Shown piece after piece: positions 37,366 through 50,453 of a DNA stretch of 64,000 nt. Where the stretch lies: positions 64,682 to 128,681 of the forward strand of contig CDMY01000302.1 in the NCBI GenBank assembly GCA_001179505.1, read 5' to 3'. The notes beneath the pieces were generated by a model. It worked only from the letters and a program-made list of their open reading frames with translations, was not told the origin of the DNA and ran no database searches. Numbering within the stretch: position 1 is the stretch's first letter; every line of letters begins with the position of its first letter. The position numbers were made by a program, and so were the translations under genes. The stretch is from Vitrella brassicaformis CCMP3155 (taxonomy: Eukaryota > Protista > Chromerida).

Positions 37366-39859
37366 GCCTGGTGGGATAAAGCGACGGAATGCACCACCAG
37401 AGTCCTACACGCACAGAGAGTGGATGGGGGGATGGATGGCATGTTCCTTATCTCGCTTCCTGGCACGACTGTATGTCATGCTGATGCCGTCTATGTTTTG
37501 TGTGGGGCCGTGAGTACAGTCTGTGCACAAATGCATACTTGTTCCTTTCATTCCTGCCGGGCCATCACGCTCTCCAATCTCCTTGTGCCGGTCTTGGTCG
37601 TTGAATTCTATTTGACAGACTCTGAGCCGACCAATGCACACATGAAGCACGACTAATCTGACATCTTGAAGGACATGTGCTCGTGTCTCCCTCCTTCCTT
37701 CCCTCCCTCCCTCCCGCTTCGCTACCTTTCGCCATGGTTTCATGCGGCGCACCTTGCGCCATTTTCTCTGAAGGCAGACAAAGCAATGCAGCGTCCCAAG
37801 ATGTCCTCGCTTGTCGCTAACCCGTGTGTGCCACTATGACCAGCAAGTGACCGGACGACGTGTTCTTGTGTGTTGATCAGCCGCACACCTGGATCAAAAA
37901 CCGCCCGAGCTGCTCCACTTTGCGGCACTTGGTCACCGCCGCTCCACCTTCATGCTTGACGAGCCGCCGCAGAATCGCTGAGACACACCCATGTGCAAGA
38001 CAGTGAATGCTCGTCCGTACACTGCGGCGTACGTCGAGTCCTTTCGGGACGTCCCACATCATCAGATCATATGCACTGCTGGCGGTGATTCCCCACCTGG
38101 GGGAAGGCGCCGGCACAAATGAAGAAGATGTTCTCGGTCGATGAAGTGCCTGAATGGACAGACGAATAAGATGCTAAATCAACGCGTCCTCCGCCTCACC
38201 GAGGCTCGTCTTTATTTTGGTGCCATCCAACGGATGTTGGATTACCTGCCCAGCCCACGCAACAGAGTACGGAATGGATAGTCGCGAACATCTTCCTGAG
38301 ACCGAGATGAACTACAGGCAATCGGTGCGAGCAAAGTGGACGGACATACCCACGGCGGTGGTGACCTCGACGTGGCTGCTGCAGTCCTCATGTGACTGAG
38401 AAGGCCACGCCGGCAATCGGCGGGACCAATATCCCGTCTGCGGACACAGCACACCACAATAGGCACACTCGTGGCTGCATGTATGTCTTCTTCCTCTCGC
38501 GCATGTGTGCGTGAGTGCTGTCTGTCTGGCTGTGTGTCCATCGGCTGTCCGATGAGAAGGTACGGTCGTTGATCGGAAAAGCCTTTGAAATATAAAACGT
38601 AGGCACCGATTGTCCTGATGAAGAAAATGGTAAGTCACAAAATACATATATATATACTGTGTCTCTCCTTTGTACCTTCCTCTGCGCGCCCATTGACGCC
38701 GAATTTCTTCCTTGCACTTGATCTCGAGCGAGGGTCTTCCACCATTTTGCGGCATACATCCACCCACATGCACACACACATGACATCAAGCAGGTGTGTG
38801 TGTCCGTACGTTCACTTGTACTTGGCAATCCCAGCCCGCCCACTCGCTCACCTGTCTGAGTGGTGCCGTCCTGCATTGCCGCCAGACCAGCCGCCCCGAT
38901 CTGCCCGGCGGAGCATCTCCGAGACGAGACGATGGGAAGGGTGACGTCGAAAGTCGGGGCATTGGACCCACTTGTCCACCTTCTCGGGGAGGCCTGAAGG
39001 GAAGAGGGCACACATGCGGTCAATCCCAGCTAAGTCGCCTCTCCCTCTCTCTCTGTATGTCTGTGTGCCTGTCTGTGCGCCTGTCTGTGTGTCTACGAGT
39101 CAATCTTTCTTTGTGTCGGTTGTCCCGATCTCGCCCACCTGTTGCAGCCCTACGCCAAATGGCGTTCGGACGGCGATCATTCTGGGGTGGTTCAGGTGAA
39201 GCCCACCAAACAGGTAACCCAGCAGCGACTCCATGGCCATGTCCATGTGCTGCCAACACCACCGCCAACTGGAATCCATGACAAACAGTCGCCACTGAAA
39301 CAAGACATTATGCCTACCGTGTTGTGTAGCCGATGCAGACGCACTTGCTGCCGCGAGCTGCACACCAGCACCCACACGCTCCCCTACAGTCTTGCGTTCC
39401 TCGTCGTCATCCTCGGTGTCTCTGCAGGACGCTTTGCGATACCTGACAAGCGCACATACACGAATTCACACACCGCCCACACACCCACAGATACACAGGC
39501 CCTCAGAGTGAGTGGTTTTCTTCTGAAAGAAGCACTCACTTCTCGGCCATCGTACTGGTGTGTGTTCGTGCTGTCCGAGCGTGTTGAAAATGGCGGCGAC
39601 TGTGGCTGTCTGTGGGGAGAAGATCCGTGCCGGCCTTGTTCAGCAGCACAATCACATGGTGGCTCGACAGCTGCCACTCCACTCGAATCCCCTTCCCGCT
39701 GCTGATGGGGCTCCTCGTGCGAGAACCTGCAGAGTGACAGCACGGACAAAAATGGTCGGCCGTCAGTTGCCCGTTGCATAAGAGCTCACTAGTCAGACCT
39801 GTGCCACCTTCTGACAGAAAGAAATGTCTGCTGATCGACTCACCTGGGATGTCTGCCCT

Positions 39860-40080
39860 GCTGGTACTCTTCCCAGCTCACCTGATAATCGTCAGCGGTC
39901 TCGTCACCCAGTCGGGCGGCGCCGGATGAGAGGCGGTCTCAATACTCGTGGCCCAGCGTCTCGCGGATGACCGTCTTCTTGATCTCAATCAGGGGCTGGA
40001 AGAACGGCCAACAAGACAGCAGGCCTTTCTCCTTGTCTCCCTGTCTGCCTTTGCGATTGTCTGTCCTTAAATAGCTCGTC
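39860..40080 (-). pseudogene. Family Y remnant, copy C
   Basis: GRQGDKEKGLLSCWPFFQPLIEIKKTVIRETLGHEY*DRLSSGAAR matches 30330-30500 but has a stop in place of Trp. Confidence 0.7.
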
Positions 40081-40505
40081 GCTCGTGGAAAGGATAAGAA
40101 CGAATGTGCGTGTTCTCATACTGTGTCTTCAGTCCTACCTGTACGCGTTCAAGAAGGTGTGCAGCTCCTTGCTCAGGAGGAAATCAGCTCCTCCTACCCT
40201 GTTGTTCTGTGCTTTTTCGCCTTCTCTGGCTCCTCCCTGGCAAGGCCCTTTTGGCTTTCTCGTGGCTGCCTCGTGCTGAGGCCCACCGCCGATAGAGCAG
40301 ACTTTATCCACCCGAACTGCCCGCTCGAGCCTGACGTCGAACTCCTTGCTGCGTGTAGTGAAATGCTGCGTCAGGCTTGACCTGCCGTCGTTGCTACGGC
40401 CCCACTCTCTCCTGCAACACGACTACATCAAGACAGTCGGCAGCACACGTACCACTATCAGATGCCTGGACATTCACGGTCGTCGCTGCTGGGCTCCTCG
40501 CGCGA

Positions 40506-41240
40506 CTACCCCTCGTAGAAGCACGCCCTCTTGGAGAAGGTCTGGTCGGCCAGTTCCTTCATGGAGAGCTGCAGACAGAACAGAGACGGAAAGCAGTAAA
40601 AAGAAGTTTCGGTCTGAAACGATTCGGTCGTTCGTACGTTCTGAGAGACGAAGGAAGATGCCATAGTAGAAGTGAAAGGGCTGGTGGGATCTACGTAGGG
40701 CATCAGGTCTATTCTATCTCGCACTTCCAGATACACCTTGTCGAGCACCTGGGCTGCGCTGCCCTTCAGCAAGGCATAGAAGCTGCTGCCCACGTCGCCC
40801 TACAGTACACACAAGGCGGTTTCGATGCTCTTTTTCCGCAAATGCGTGCGTACGCCGGGGTTCGAGCTTGATGGGACGGTTTCGTATGCCTCCCAATCGA
40901 CCAGGAAAGACCTCTGACGGGGGATGTTGTATTCTCTGTCCACAAACAGACACACATACAACCGCAATACACACGCACTCGCGCAGAAAGACGCTCTTTC
41001 ACTTACATGTATACTCACCTCACAGGTATGGCGGCGTCACCATCATAGAAATCAATCTCGTGGGAGCGAAAATCCCACGCTGGCGGTCCGATGTTGTCCC
41101 CACCACAGCCTCACGTCCCGTTCCCAGCGCAAGCTCTCCAGAGTGCGCGCGCTCGGATAACCGACCACCCAATGCTCAATCCAGACCTTCATCTCTCAAG
41201 TCGAAAAGTGTGCACTGCCAGGCTTCACAGGACAGAAATT
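40506..41240 (-). pseudogene. Family A copy (inverted homolog of 426-960)
   Basis: Reverse complement reproduces the exon/intron block, including the intron gagcgtctttctgcgcgagtgcgtgtgtattgcggttgtatgtgtgtctgtttgtgg; it diverges after about 40790. Confidence 0.55.
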
Positions 41241-41385
41241 AAGACGCATCATCTGAGAGAATGGAGGCGCTGCCGATTTTGAAGTCCTGCATGACAATAA
41301 AAAAAGGCACGTCTCGTCGCCGTCTCAGCTCGCGAAAAAAACTCGACGCTGGGGGCCGCAAGCCTAGCTCACAATTTTCGAGAGG

Positions 41386-44300
41386 ATGGCGGAGAGCCGA
41401 GAAGAGGCGTACAGGGCAGCGTCGGACCGTTCGGTGGCCGCCGCAGCTGCTGGCGCCACTGGCAAGGATGAGACGGCGCCGGGTCTGGACGTGCAGCTGT
41501 TCGACACGGTGCAGGCGGCTCAGGAGAGAGATGAGGACGTCCATACATACGGGAAAGCGCATCAGTGGACGAATGCAGATGCCAGTATGGTTGATTTTTC
41601 TCGTCTTTCTCTCTCGCTGTCTCCCCTTTCAGAGTGAGCTTGGGTGGGCTGTACAACCTTGTCAGCGGGCTGAACACGAAGCGCTATGTGGTGTTGCTGA
41701 TTGCTTATGGCATCTTCGTGTCCATGTTTGCCATCATCATCCTGTACAATAGACAAGTAGGCGTGTTGGAGGCGCGCGGCTCCCTCTTCCATGACTGTCT
41801 CTCTCTGCGCGTGTGGACAGGTGCCCCAGATGTTTCTGGTGCAAGATTCGCTGCTGGATCATTTCTGCCAGGACAACCTGCCCGTGCCCTTCAACAAAAA
41901 CTACTTTGGGATGGGCACAGTCGGTCGGTCAGCAGTCTCACACAGTGTACATACACACAAACACAAGGTTGTGCCTGGGGTGCGTGCAGAGGACATGTGG
42001 GATTGGATTCACTTCCTGCTGACGCCGTCGGTCTTTGTACTGCTCCCGGGGGAGGACCCAACTACACGGGGGGTGTTCGTGCGCCAATACAACCGTATCA
42101 TGTCCCCAGTCAGATTCAGACAAGCCAGGTAAGGACAGAGGCCCAATGCAACATGGCAGCTGCCATCTCTCCTTTTCTCTCTGTGTGTGTCAGGGTCGTT
42201 GCCAACAGCACAGGGTGCAGTGTGCCTCTGAGTGCCACAAGGCTCGCAAGGCCATGCTATGTAGGGATGGATGGATGATGCATGAACCTGTGTGTCTTTT
42301 TCCCCATATCCCACACGCAGCCTGACTTCAGCAAGCCTCGGCAAGACACGAGCAAGATCCCCCAAACGGAAGAACCAGAACTGTGGCGAGACTCATTCCG
42401 TGAGTGCAATGGGATATAGAGAGCCCTCACATACAGACAGGCCGTCCTCGATGTGCCCGTGTCTCGTGTACGTCAGCCAATGGGTTCGGCGAGGCTTTGG
42501 TGCGACTTCAAAACGGGTCTCTCAGGCATCAAGTGAGTGACGATGTCTATCGCCAAAATGCGGTGTGGTTGGAAGTGGTGCTTGTCTTGGTTCAGGGGCG
42601 AGGAGGGGTACGGCAAGCCGTATGGCGGCAAAGCGCACCTTGTCGATGTGCCGCTGACGGTATGCGTATGTGAGTGGGCACACAGAGAATGGCAGAGATG
42701 GAGGGAGAGACACACTGCAGAGGGATGTCTGTATGGATCGATGGATGCAGTGTGACCCGATCTACATCACGGGCACTGCGGACCCCCGCGAGTGGCCATT
42801 CAACATGACCAGATACAACTTCTTCAAACTCGATGGAAGTAAGTCAGCCGGGCACAACAGACGTATTGCCTACTTATCCTGTGTCTCAGATCAGCGTGTG
42901 TGTCGTGTGCTGGCGGAGATGCAGAAGTCGGGATGGATCGACAGGCACACCCGCGCCCTGTCAGTCGAGATGAACTTCTACAACGCCAACTTTGACATCA
43001 GCACATACATCCGATTCCAGATCGACATCGGCGCGTCGGGACGCATTCACTCCTCTGTCAAAGTAGGTCTGCCCGGGAGTCCGGAAAGGCACATGTGTCT
43101 CTCTGTGTCCGTGTCTCTGTGTGTCTGTGCAGATGTACTCTGCGCGTCTGAATCCCTACAATCAGGCGTCGAAAACCGACAAGTTTCGGTTCTCGTGTGA
43201 GATAGCCTGGCTGCTAGGTGAGTGAGCACGAGCATTTGGTGCCATGTCTCTGCTTGGTTGTCGGTGTGCAGGTCTTCTGATGTACACTCGAGCTGTCTTC
43301 AAGAATCTCATTTCACAACGTCTGGCTTATTTCGGGTAACAGAGCAAAGAGACCCACGGCCACAAATGGCCACACGGCGTGACGTGAGACACACAGGTCG
43401 TTTTGGAATTTGATCGAGCTGGTCAACCTGAGCCTCTACATCACCTCCATTGTCTATTGGTCTCGCTTTTTGCTCATTGGCAAGGAGAAGTTCAGAGAGC
43501 CTTCTGGTGCGTAGGCAAGGACGGATGGAGTGTGGGTGCCAGAGATGTGTGTCTGTGTATGTGTGTGCAGCTGAGTATTTCGACATGCTGCACATGATGC
43601 GGATCTTCAACTTCATCGCCACCTGTGCAGCGTGGAATATGGTCGTTGCTGTCGTCACGGTCCGCACACACCACAACACAACACGTCAATCCGCTTGATG
43701 TTTTGTGCCCACGTCTCCCCCTGTATGGCAGTTGTTCAAGTACCTGCAGATCAACAAGCGGATGAGTCTTCTGTGGGACGTGCTCTCGGCCGCTGGAAGA
43801 GACATCATCCCCTTCATGGTCACCTTTCGCTGTTTTTCCCTACTTGCTCCATGTCTCTCTTCTCTCTCCCTCTGTTGTGTGTAGGTTGTGCTCACATTAG
43901 TGACGATCGGCTTCACCTTTGCGGGCCACTGGCTGTTCGGCTTCCGCGTGCAGTCGTGGCACAACTTCGGCGCGTCCTTCTCGACTCTACTCAGAAGTAA
44001 GACAATGAGTCAATAATGGAGCCAGGGTCGATGCTGATGGTGTGTGTGTCGATCTTTCAAATAGGTATGTCTGGCGACTTGGACTACCAGCCGTTCAAGG
44101 TGCGTCGTGTCGTTGCTCAGAGAGGGAGATCGAGAGAAATGGGCCGTGTGAGCTGTCCTGGCTGTGTTTGTGCGTGTCTCAGATAGCAGCCCCCAACCTG
44201 GCCATCATCTTCACCGTTGCCTACATCATCATTGTCTCACTGGTCTGTGCACGAAAGAGACACAACGACGCCTAGCAAGTACACTTCTCTCTCCACCCCC

Positions 44301-45678
44301 TCTCTCTTTCTTTCCATTCTCAGGTGCTGACCAATGTGTTTGTGGCCATCCTCACCGACGCCTATCAAGACACACGCAGCCGAATGACGAAAGTCCAGGA
44401 GGCGTCAGAGAAAGCCGGTCAACGGAAAAAGCACGCAGACGTCTCCATCTCTCCATGCAATGTCGTCTTCGCGCTGATGCTCAGTGCTGCAGGGAGCACA
44501 TACGAGCTGGTCAACAACTTTCTCATCTACATCTACCGAATACAGACGCTCTTCGACTCGTCAAAGGTAAATGGGTACGTGCATGTCTGCTGCCAAACAC
44601 ACCGATTCGCTCCACCCAAAACAGGAGAAGAAGTTTCAGTGGCGCAACGCCGAGGCCAAGCTTGACGCCATCAAGACGGACCCAGATCTCTATCAGGCAC
44701 ACGAGAACCTCAAATGTGTGTAATCAGCCACACATACACGTGCAGAGACGGATGGCGGCTTTCTCTTGTCTGTCATGTGTGTGTGTGTGTGTGTGGTGGT
44801 CAGCGTCTCTAAATAAGTTCAATTTGGACAAAGTGTGGACCAGGGTGCAGGGAGACATCGTGTGAGCTTACCACCACACACGGAAGCATGTCCACCCACC
44901 CACACATCCATCCATCCATCCATCTGTCTGTGCGTGTGTGTGTGCGTGTGTGTGATTGTCCTCCCTCAGCTCTGGCAAGGAGGAGATGGTGTGGTGGGAG
45001 CTGGTCGAGACATTCGACGGAAACGAAGACGACACCGAGTCAGTCAGCGAGCAAAGGGGACAAGAAACCCAAAGATGATTGATTTGTATCTCTCCTTTCT
45101 CTCTGTTCCTGTCTGTCTGTGTGTCAGGACATTTGTCAAAAACCTTCGTCGCTTCCTCAGAATCGTCAAGGCCAAAAAGAACTACCAACAAAAGGTACGC
45201 ACTGCAGCCACGAACGATTTGTGGCAATGCGACCCTTTTTTCCCACTAACATGAGACGCACAAACACGCGGGCGAGACACCTGTTTGTTGCAGATGGAGG
45301 ACATGACCTTCGTGCCGATGGTGGAGGGCGTCTTGCCCGCCGTGCCTGAAGACGAGCAGCCTGAGCAAGAGGTGGGTACAGACAGACAGGCCGGGACACA
45401 ATCGAGACCTTCTCTCTTTGTGTGTCGTGTGTATCTTTAAATAGGAGGAGGAGACCAATCCACAAGTGAATGAGGTGCGCCAGATCATCACCCACCTCAT
45501 CGCCGAGGTCACATTCCTCAACGAACAGCTGTCCCGGCTAGTGATGCCCGAGTGTTCAAGCAGCAGGCCGTCCCCTCACTTACATCGATTGCGAGGGCCA
45601 CCGGGGCAGCTGCAGGGGCGGCGGCTGAGGAGCACCACGCAGCAGAAAGAGGGGCCGCCACCCTCAAGAGCATCCTGA
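41386..45678 (+). CDS. PKD2: Polycystin-2 (TRPP/PKD2-like) cation channel
   Basis: S1 YVVLLIAYGIFVSMF, TOP domain IMSPVRFRQAR and GWIDRHTRALSVEMNFYNANFD, KYLQINKRMSLL, IGFTFAGHWLFGFRVQSWHNFGASFSTLLR, LTNVFVAILTDAYQ; C-terminal coiled coil. Confidence 0.92.
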
Positions 45679-46116
45679 GATCACAGAGGCCCGACGAGTC
45701 CTCGGGACCCTCAGAAAGGAAGGGGGGCAGATATCCGAATGTGTGATGAGTGAGTGATGTGAGTGTGTGTATGTGTTGGAATGGGACTTTGACGACATAC
45801 ATTGGGCCATCTATGCGACTTTGACGACATTTGGCCAGATATAGCATCATCGCATCGATGTCTCGGATATGCACACGCGTATAACCCAACCAGCAGCCCG
45901 GCTACTTAGTATACACACATACGTATGCCGTTAGAAATCGACGCAGATCGTTGTCCCTCAAAAAAAGGGAAAAGATGATGCATTTCCGCTCGCAGGACCA
46001 ACCAAATCGCATCGAGCCAGATCACTGTCTGTCACTTAACCAGGCCAGTTGGGCTTCAAAAAGGCAGCCCGACGCAGGCAGACAAGCTTAGAAAGGCAAA
46101 GGCCGTTCTTCCTTCG

Positions 46117-48113
46117 TCACAGGTTGGCCAGCTCCTCCTCATCTTGAACGATGCCTTCTTCCATACCCTCTGCACCACAGACAGACAGACAGACAGGCAA
46201 GCGGAGGGAAGACAAAAATCTCTCTGTCTGGCTGGCTTCCCCTCCCCTCCCCTCACCGAATAGAACAGTCGAAAGATAGCGCTCCGCGGTGTCGGCGACG
46301 ACACACACGACAGCCGCTCCGTCAGCCGCTGCCTTTGCACATTTGACCGCACCGGCAACCGACCCGCCTCCAGATATCCCCGTGGCGATGCCCTCCTCTC
46401 GCGCAAGCAGTCGAGCCGTCTCGATGGCCTCCTCGTCGGTCACCGTCAGAACCTCATCAATGTCGTCACGGTGGCGGTGGAGGATCTGCAGACACAGACA
46501 GACAGACAGACAGGGAGGGAGGGAGGAATGTGACACATGAATACAGGCGTACGTCAGGCAAGAAGTCAGGGGACCAACCTGCACACGACACGTACAATCG
46601 CTTGATGGGGTGTGGTGTGTAGTGTTGTGTTGTGTGATGGATGTGCTCCCACCCATAGCTGCTCACCCTGTATCTTGTGAGGTGACCAATCTTGCCCAGA
46701 CAGCAGGGCACCTTTTTGCGGCTCCACGGCAACCACCTGTTTGGTTGAACACAGGACACAACCAACCACTGGCATGTGCATGTCACTCAATCCGCGAGCA
46801 GCGTTTCTTTGGTAAGCGTGCCTTCACATCTGGCCGTGCCAACTGAATGGATGAGGCCATCCACACACACATAAACACGCACACACACAGAGAGAGAGGG
46901 AGAGAGAGAGGGAGCGTGTGTGTGTGTGAAGTGGTCGGATAGATCGACGCAGGGGTGGATACCTTGATCACGGAGCCGGCCCCCGTGATTGTGCCGCCCG
47001 TCCCCCAGCCAAGCACAAAGCAATCCAGCCGCTCCCCTGCAACCAACGCACACACACACACACACACACACACAACGCCAGTCAGGCAACAGCCGGCAAC
47101 CGATAGCCTTATGGGATTGAATTGCTCCCTCACTCACTCACTCACCGACAAAGTCGGCCAGCACCTCTGGGCCGGTCGTCTGGCGATGATAAGTGGGGTT
47201 GGCTTCGTTGTCAAACTGAACACCATCAGCAAAAAAGACAGAGAGGGACGCACAGACACATGCGCACCTCTCAGTCATGGTCACTCGTCCATCTGCTCAC
47301 CGACCTGCCTTGGGAGAAACCACCCAAATCGCTGCGCAAGCTCCTCTGCCTTTTGCACCTGTCCGAACGAGCAGCAGTGCTTCGTTGATCCATCGGTCTA
47401 TCTGTCTATTTCGTGCTCCTTCCCTCACCATGCCGGTTCCCCGCAGCTCGCTCGGCGTAAGGACGACTTTGGCGCCATAGAACTGCATTAGCTTTCGCCT
47501 CTCGACGCTGAACTGCTCGCCCATGACGGCCACAAAGGGGTGGCCCTTGACGGCACAAACGGCCGCCAACGATATGCCTGACGACAGACAGACATTCATT
47601 GCGATGCAGTGTACCACTTCCTCCCTCGGTCCCTCCCTCCTACCTGTGTTGCCACTGGGTGGGTGGGTGGACACACAGGGGTGGGAAGAGTGAATACCGT
47701 AATCTGCAGCCTTCCTTTGTCTGACTGACGTCAGCGCTGGCTGACCTGGTGGCTTCGCACACCACCTGCCCGGGCCGCAGCAGCCCTCTCCTTTCCGCAT
47801 CCTCGATTATCCCTATATAAACAAAGCACCACACGCAATCGACGCGTATGCATGTGTACAGCGGGCTGGCGGCGGGACCATTGCTCACCGATGGCAAGCC
47901 TGTCCTTGACTGAATGAACAGACAGAGAGAGCAGGGGACAGCAAGACGCATGGATAGATGCATCGATCAGTGTCACTCACTGCACTCACCTGAGGCGAAG
48001 GGGTTGAACGATTCGACCTTTGCATAGATGGTCCTGCCGGCCGGCGACAGGCGGTTAAGGCGCACGACCGGCGTGTGGCCAATCGTCTTGAGAATGTTGT
48101 CGTACAGCGGCAT
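46117..48113 (-). CDS. cysK: Cysteine synthase (O-acetylserine thiol-lyase, CysK type); possible upstream leader exon to about 48347
   Basis: IGHTPVVRL, KVESFNPFAS/VKDRLA (PLP lysine), EATS/GNTG, ERRKLMQFYGA, QFDNEANP..HRQTTGPE, GWGTGGTITG, PHKIQG, EEGIATGISGG, DTAERYLST. Confidence 0.96.
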
Positions 48114-48468
48114 CGATTCGCCTCACTGCTGGGGCGCCTCACTCACTGCCCATGATGCAATGCTCGTGTGCACCTGCAAGCGGGACAGACAGGCAGACAG
48201 ACAGACAGTTAGACATCGGGTGAGAGATGAATGGGGGCGAGCGTCCTCCTTTGACGCGCCCTTACATGACGAATGGGCGGCAGCGGACGTCCTCAGTGGA
48301 GATGCTGCACAGAAATGGGAGCAAAGCGACAGCGGATGAATCCTCAAGCACGCTCCCTAGAGATCTTCGAGTCCCTCACCTTCCTGGAGGCTCAGATGGA
48401 CAGATCGCGTAGACGCTTCCCTCACCTTTGAGCTCGCATAAAATGCGATCGCCTCCAGTTTCCCTCAC

Positions 48469-49693
48469 GATGGCTGGGCATCGTTGGCGTGTGGCGCCTC
48501 TCGACCATGACCTGCCAGAGGTGAGCCCAGCCAGAAGCGCACTCATCATCCACCAACAAAGGGAGTAGGAGGAAGATGGCTGTTTCCGTGGCTTGTGTGT
48601 GTCGTGTGTGTCCTTTGATAGCATCTGGTGGGTCAGTGGGAAGAGCTCATGGTGCTCAAGTGGCACGAGGTCATCTACCGCCTCACGCAGGAGGGCATTG
48701 TGGCTGAGCCTGCAGCGGCTGTGAGGGACTTCCTACTCTTCATGATGCTGGTCGGTCCATGAATCACAAGCGCACACGTGTGGATGCAGCAATTGTACGT
48801 CTGTTTGCTGCCGTGATGTGTGTGTGCAGAAGGGTGTTGAGAACGACCGCAGCTGCCGCCTGTCGGTGCCGGCCCACATCGACGAGGTGTGGCACTCAGT
48901 GCTGGTCGATCCGGTGCTGTACATGTCGCTCTCGCGCATCGTCGGCATCGAACCCGTCATTCCTCAGTACGCACACGCATACAGAACACCACACAGATCA
49001 CACAGTGAATCGGTGTGTGTGGCTCTTTCCCTCACCCTGACGCAGTGACCCGATGGGCGAGTACGACAGCGACGAGTTGAAGATGCGCCGCCGGCAGGCC
49101 GCCTTAGACAAGTTTGCAGAGCTCTACGGATACCGATACACATACAACCACCGGTGAGTGGGAGAGGGAGAACACACTCGATGGCGATTGTGTGGATGCC
49201 TGCCTGCCTGCGTGTGTGTGGTGTGTGTGTGCAGTGGTGTCGGATATGTGTGTGGCGCGTCGGAGTCGGCCGCTCGCAACCGTGGCGACTATGTCTTCAC
49301 ACAGCCACGGTACACATGAGAAGAGACACTCAGCGCATGTGCGTGCGAGGGCGCCACTCATTCTTGCAGCGAGGCCCGTGAGTACATCCAGCTGATCATG
49401 AAGACATTCGAAGGCAAGACCTTCCACCTCTGGGCCCGCCGAGATGCCACGGTAGCGGACGTCAAGGACGGCGTGGAGCGTGTCGACGGCGCCCCGATCG
49501 AAGAGCAACGGCTCATCTTCGCTGGCAGGTGACTGAGTCCAGGACGATGGGCGCGGCGCAGAATGGTGTATGTGATGTGATTTGCCTGTGTGTGCGTCCC
49601 TGCAGGCAGCTGGAGGATGGTCGCACCTTGTCGGACTACAACGTGCAGGATGGCGCGACGATGCATATCATCCTGCGGCTGAGGGGGTGCTAG
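48469..49693 (+). CDS. GRDP/DUF1399-like domain fused to a C-terminal ubiquitin-like domain ending RLRGC
   Basis: [19 protein letters not shown] (GRDP-like motif), then [13 protein letters not shown]...[55 protein letters not shown]. The start codon is uncertain. Confidence 0.75.
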
Positions 49694-50453
49694 AGGGGTT
49701 CATTCGAACAGCTGGACAAACCACCAACCAACTAAGAGGGAGGGAGGGACGAAGGGAGAACGAGAGCAGATAAGATGGCGTGGGAGGGGGTGGAAGGTGG
49801 GAGGATGATCTGATGCGTGTGGTGCGTGTACATACATACAAAACACTTGGTGGCTGGCTGGATGGATGGGTCAATAGATGGGTGGGTGGCTCTCGATAGT
49901 TGCATCGCAGACAGTGTTCGGGTGCTGGACAGACAGGCAGGCAGACTCTCAGGTAGACAGATGGATCGATATCAATCAACAGGTCCGTTCTCGCTTTCGG
50001 CATATGTGTACTCAGGTCTGTTTGTGTGTATATGCCAACACACGCACACATACATGCGTACAAGGCCTCCATGCAGCCACCTAAACCGCCCCACACCCAA
50101 CAGTCCAACAAACACCTCACTCAACACAACACAACACAACACAACACACACACATGGCCAGACGGCCGGATGTCTACATGACAGCAATGTGGTTGGCACA
50201 TCAACAAGAGATCTCTGTCTTTGTCTGTGGCTGGCTCTGCAGTGACTTGCAAACTGGATGCCTGTAGGTGGGGGAGTGGCCAGATGGGGGCATCAATGCG
50301 TGGCATAGCTAGACCGTGGTCGAGTGTCTCTCTACACGAAAGGTGGGGCCACATGCTGGCAGCTTCTTGTCCTCTCACAAGCACACATATGGATTCATTG
50401 AAAAAGACGCACGCACACACTGTGCCACACAGACATGCACCTGTCATGTCATG

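Noticed and set aside
37500-39800. Short ORFs as possible retroelement gag/pol or Crinkler pieces
   Set aside because: No RT, integrase, zinc-knuckle or LFLAK motif was recognised; left unassigned apart from the oxidase-like fragment.
39680-40870. tRNA T-loop-like strings (ctcgaatccc, ggttcgagc)
   Set aside because: No cloverleaf, A-box or acceptor stem could be built around them.
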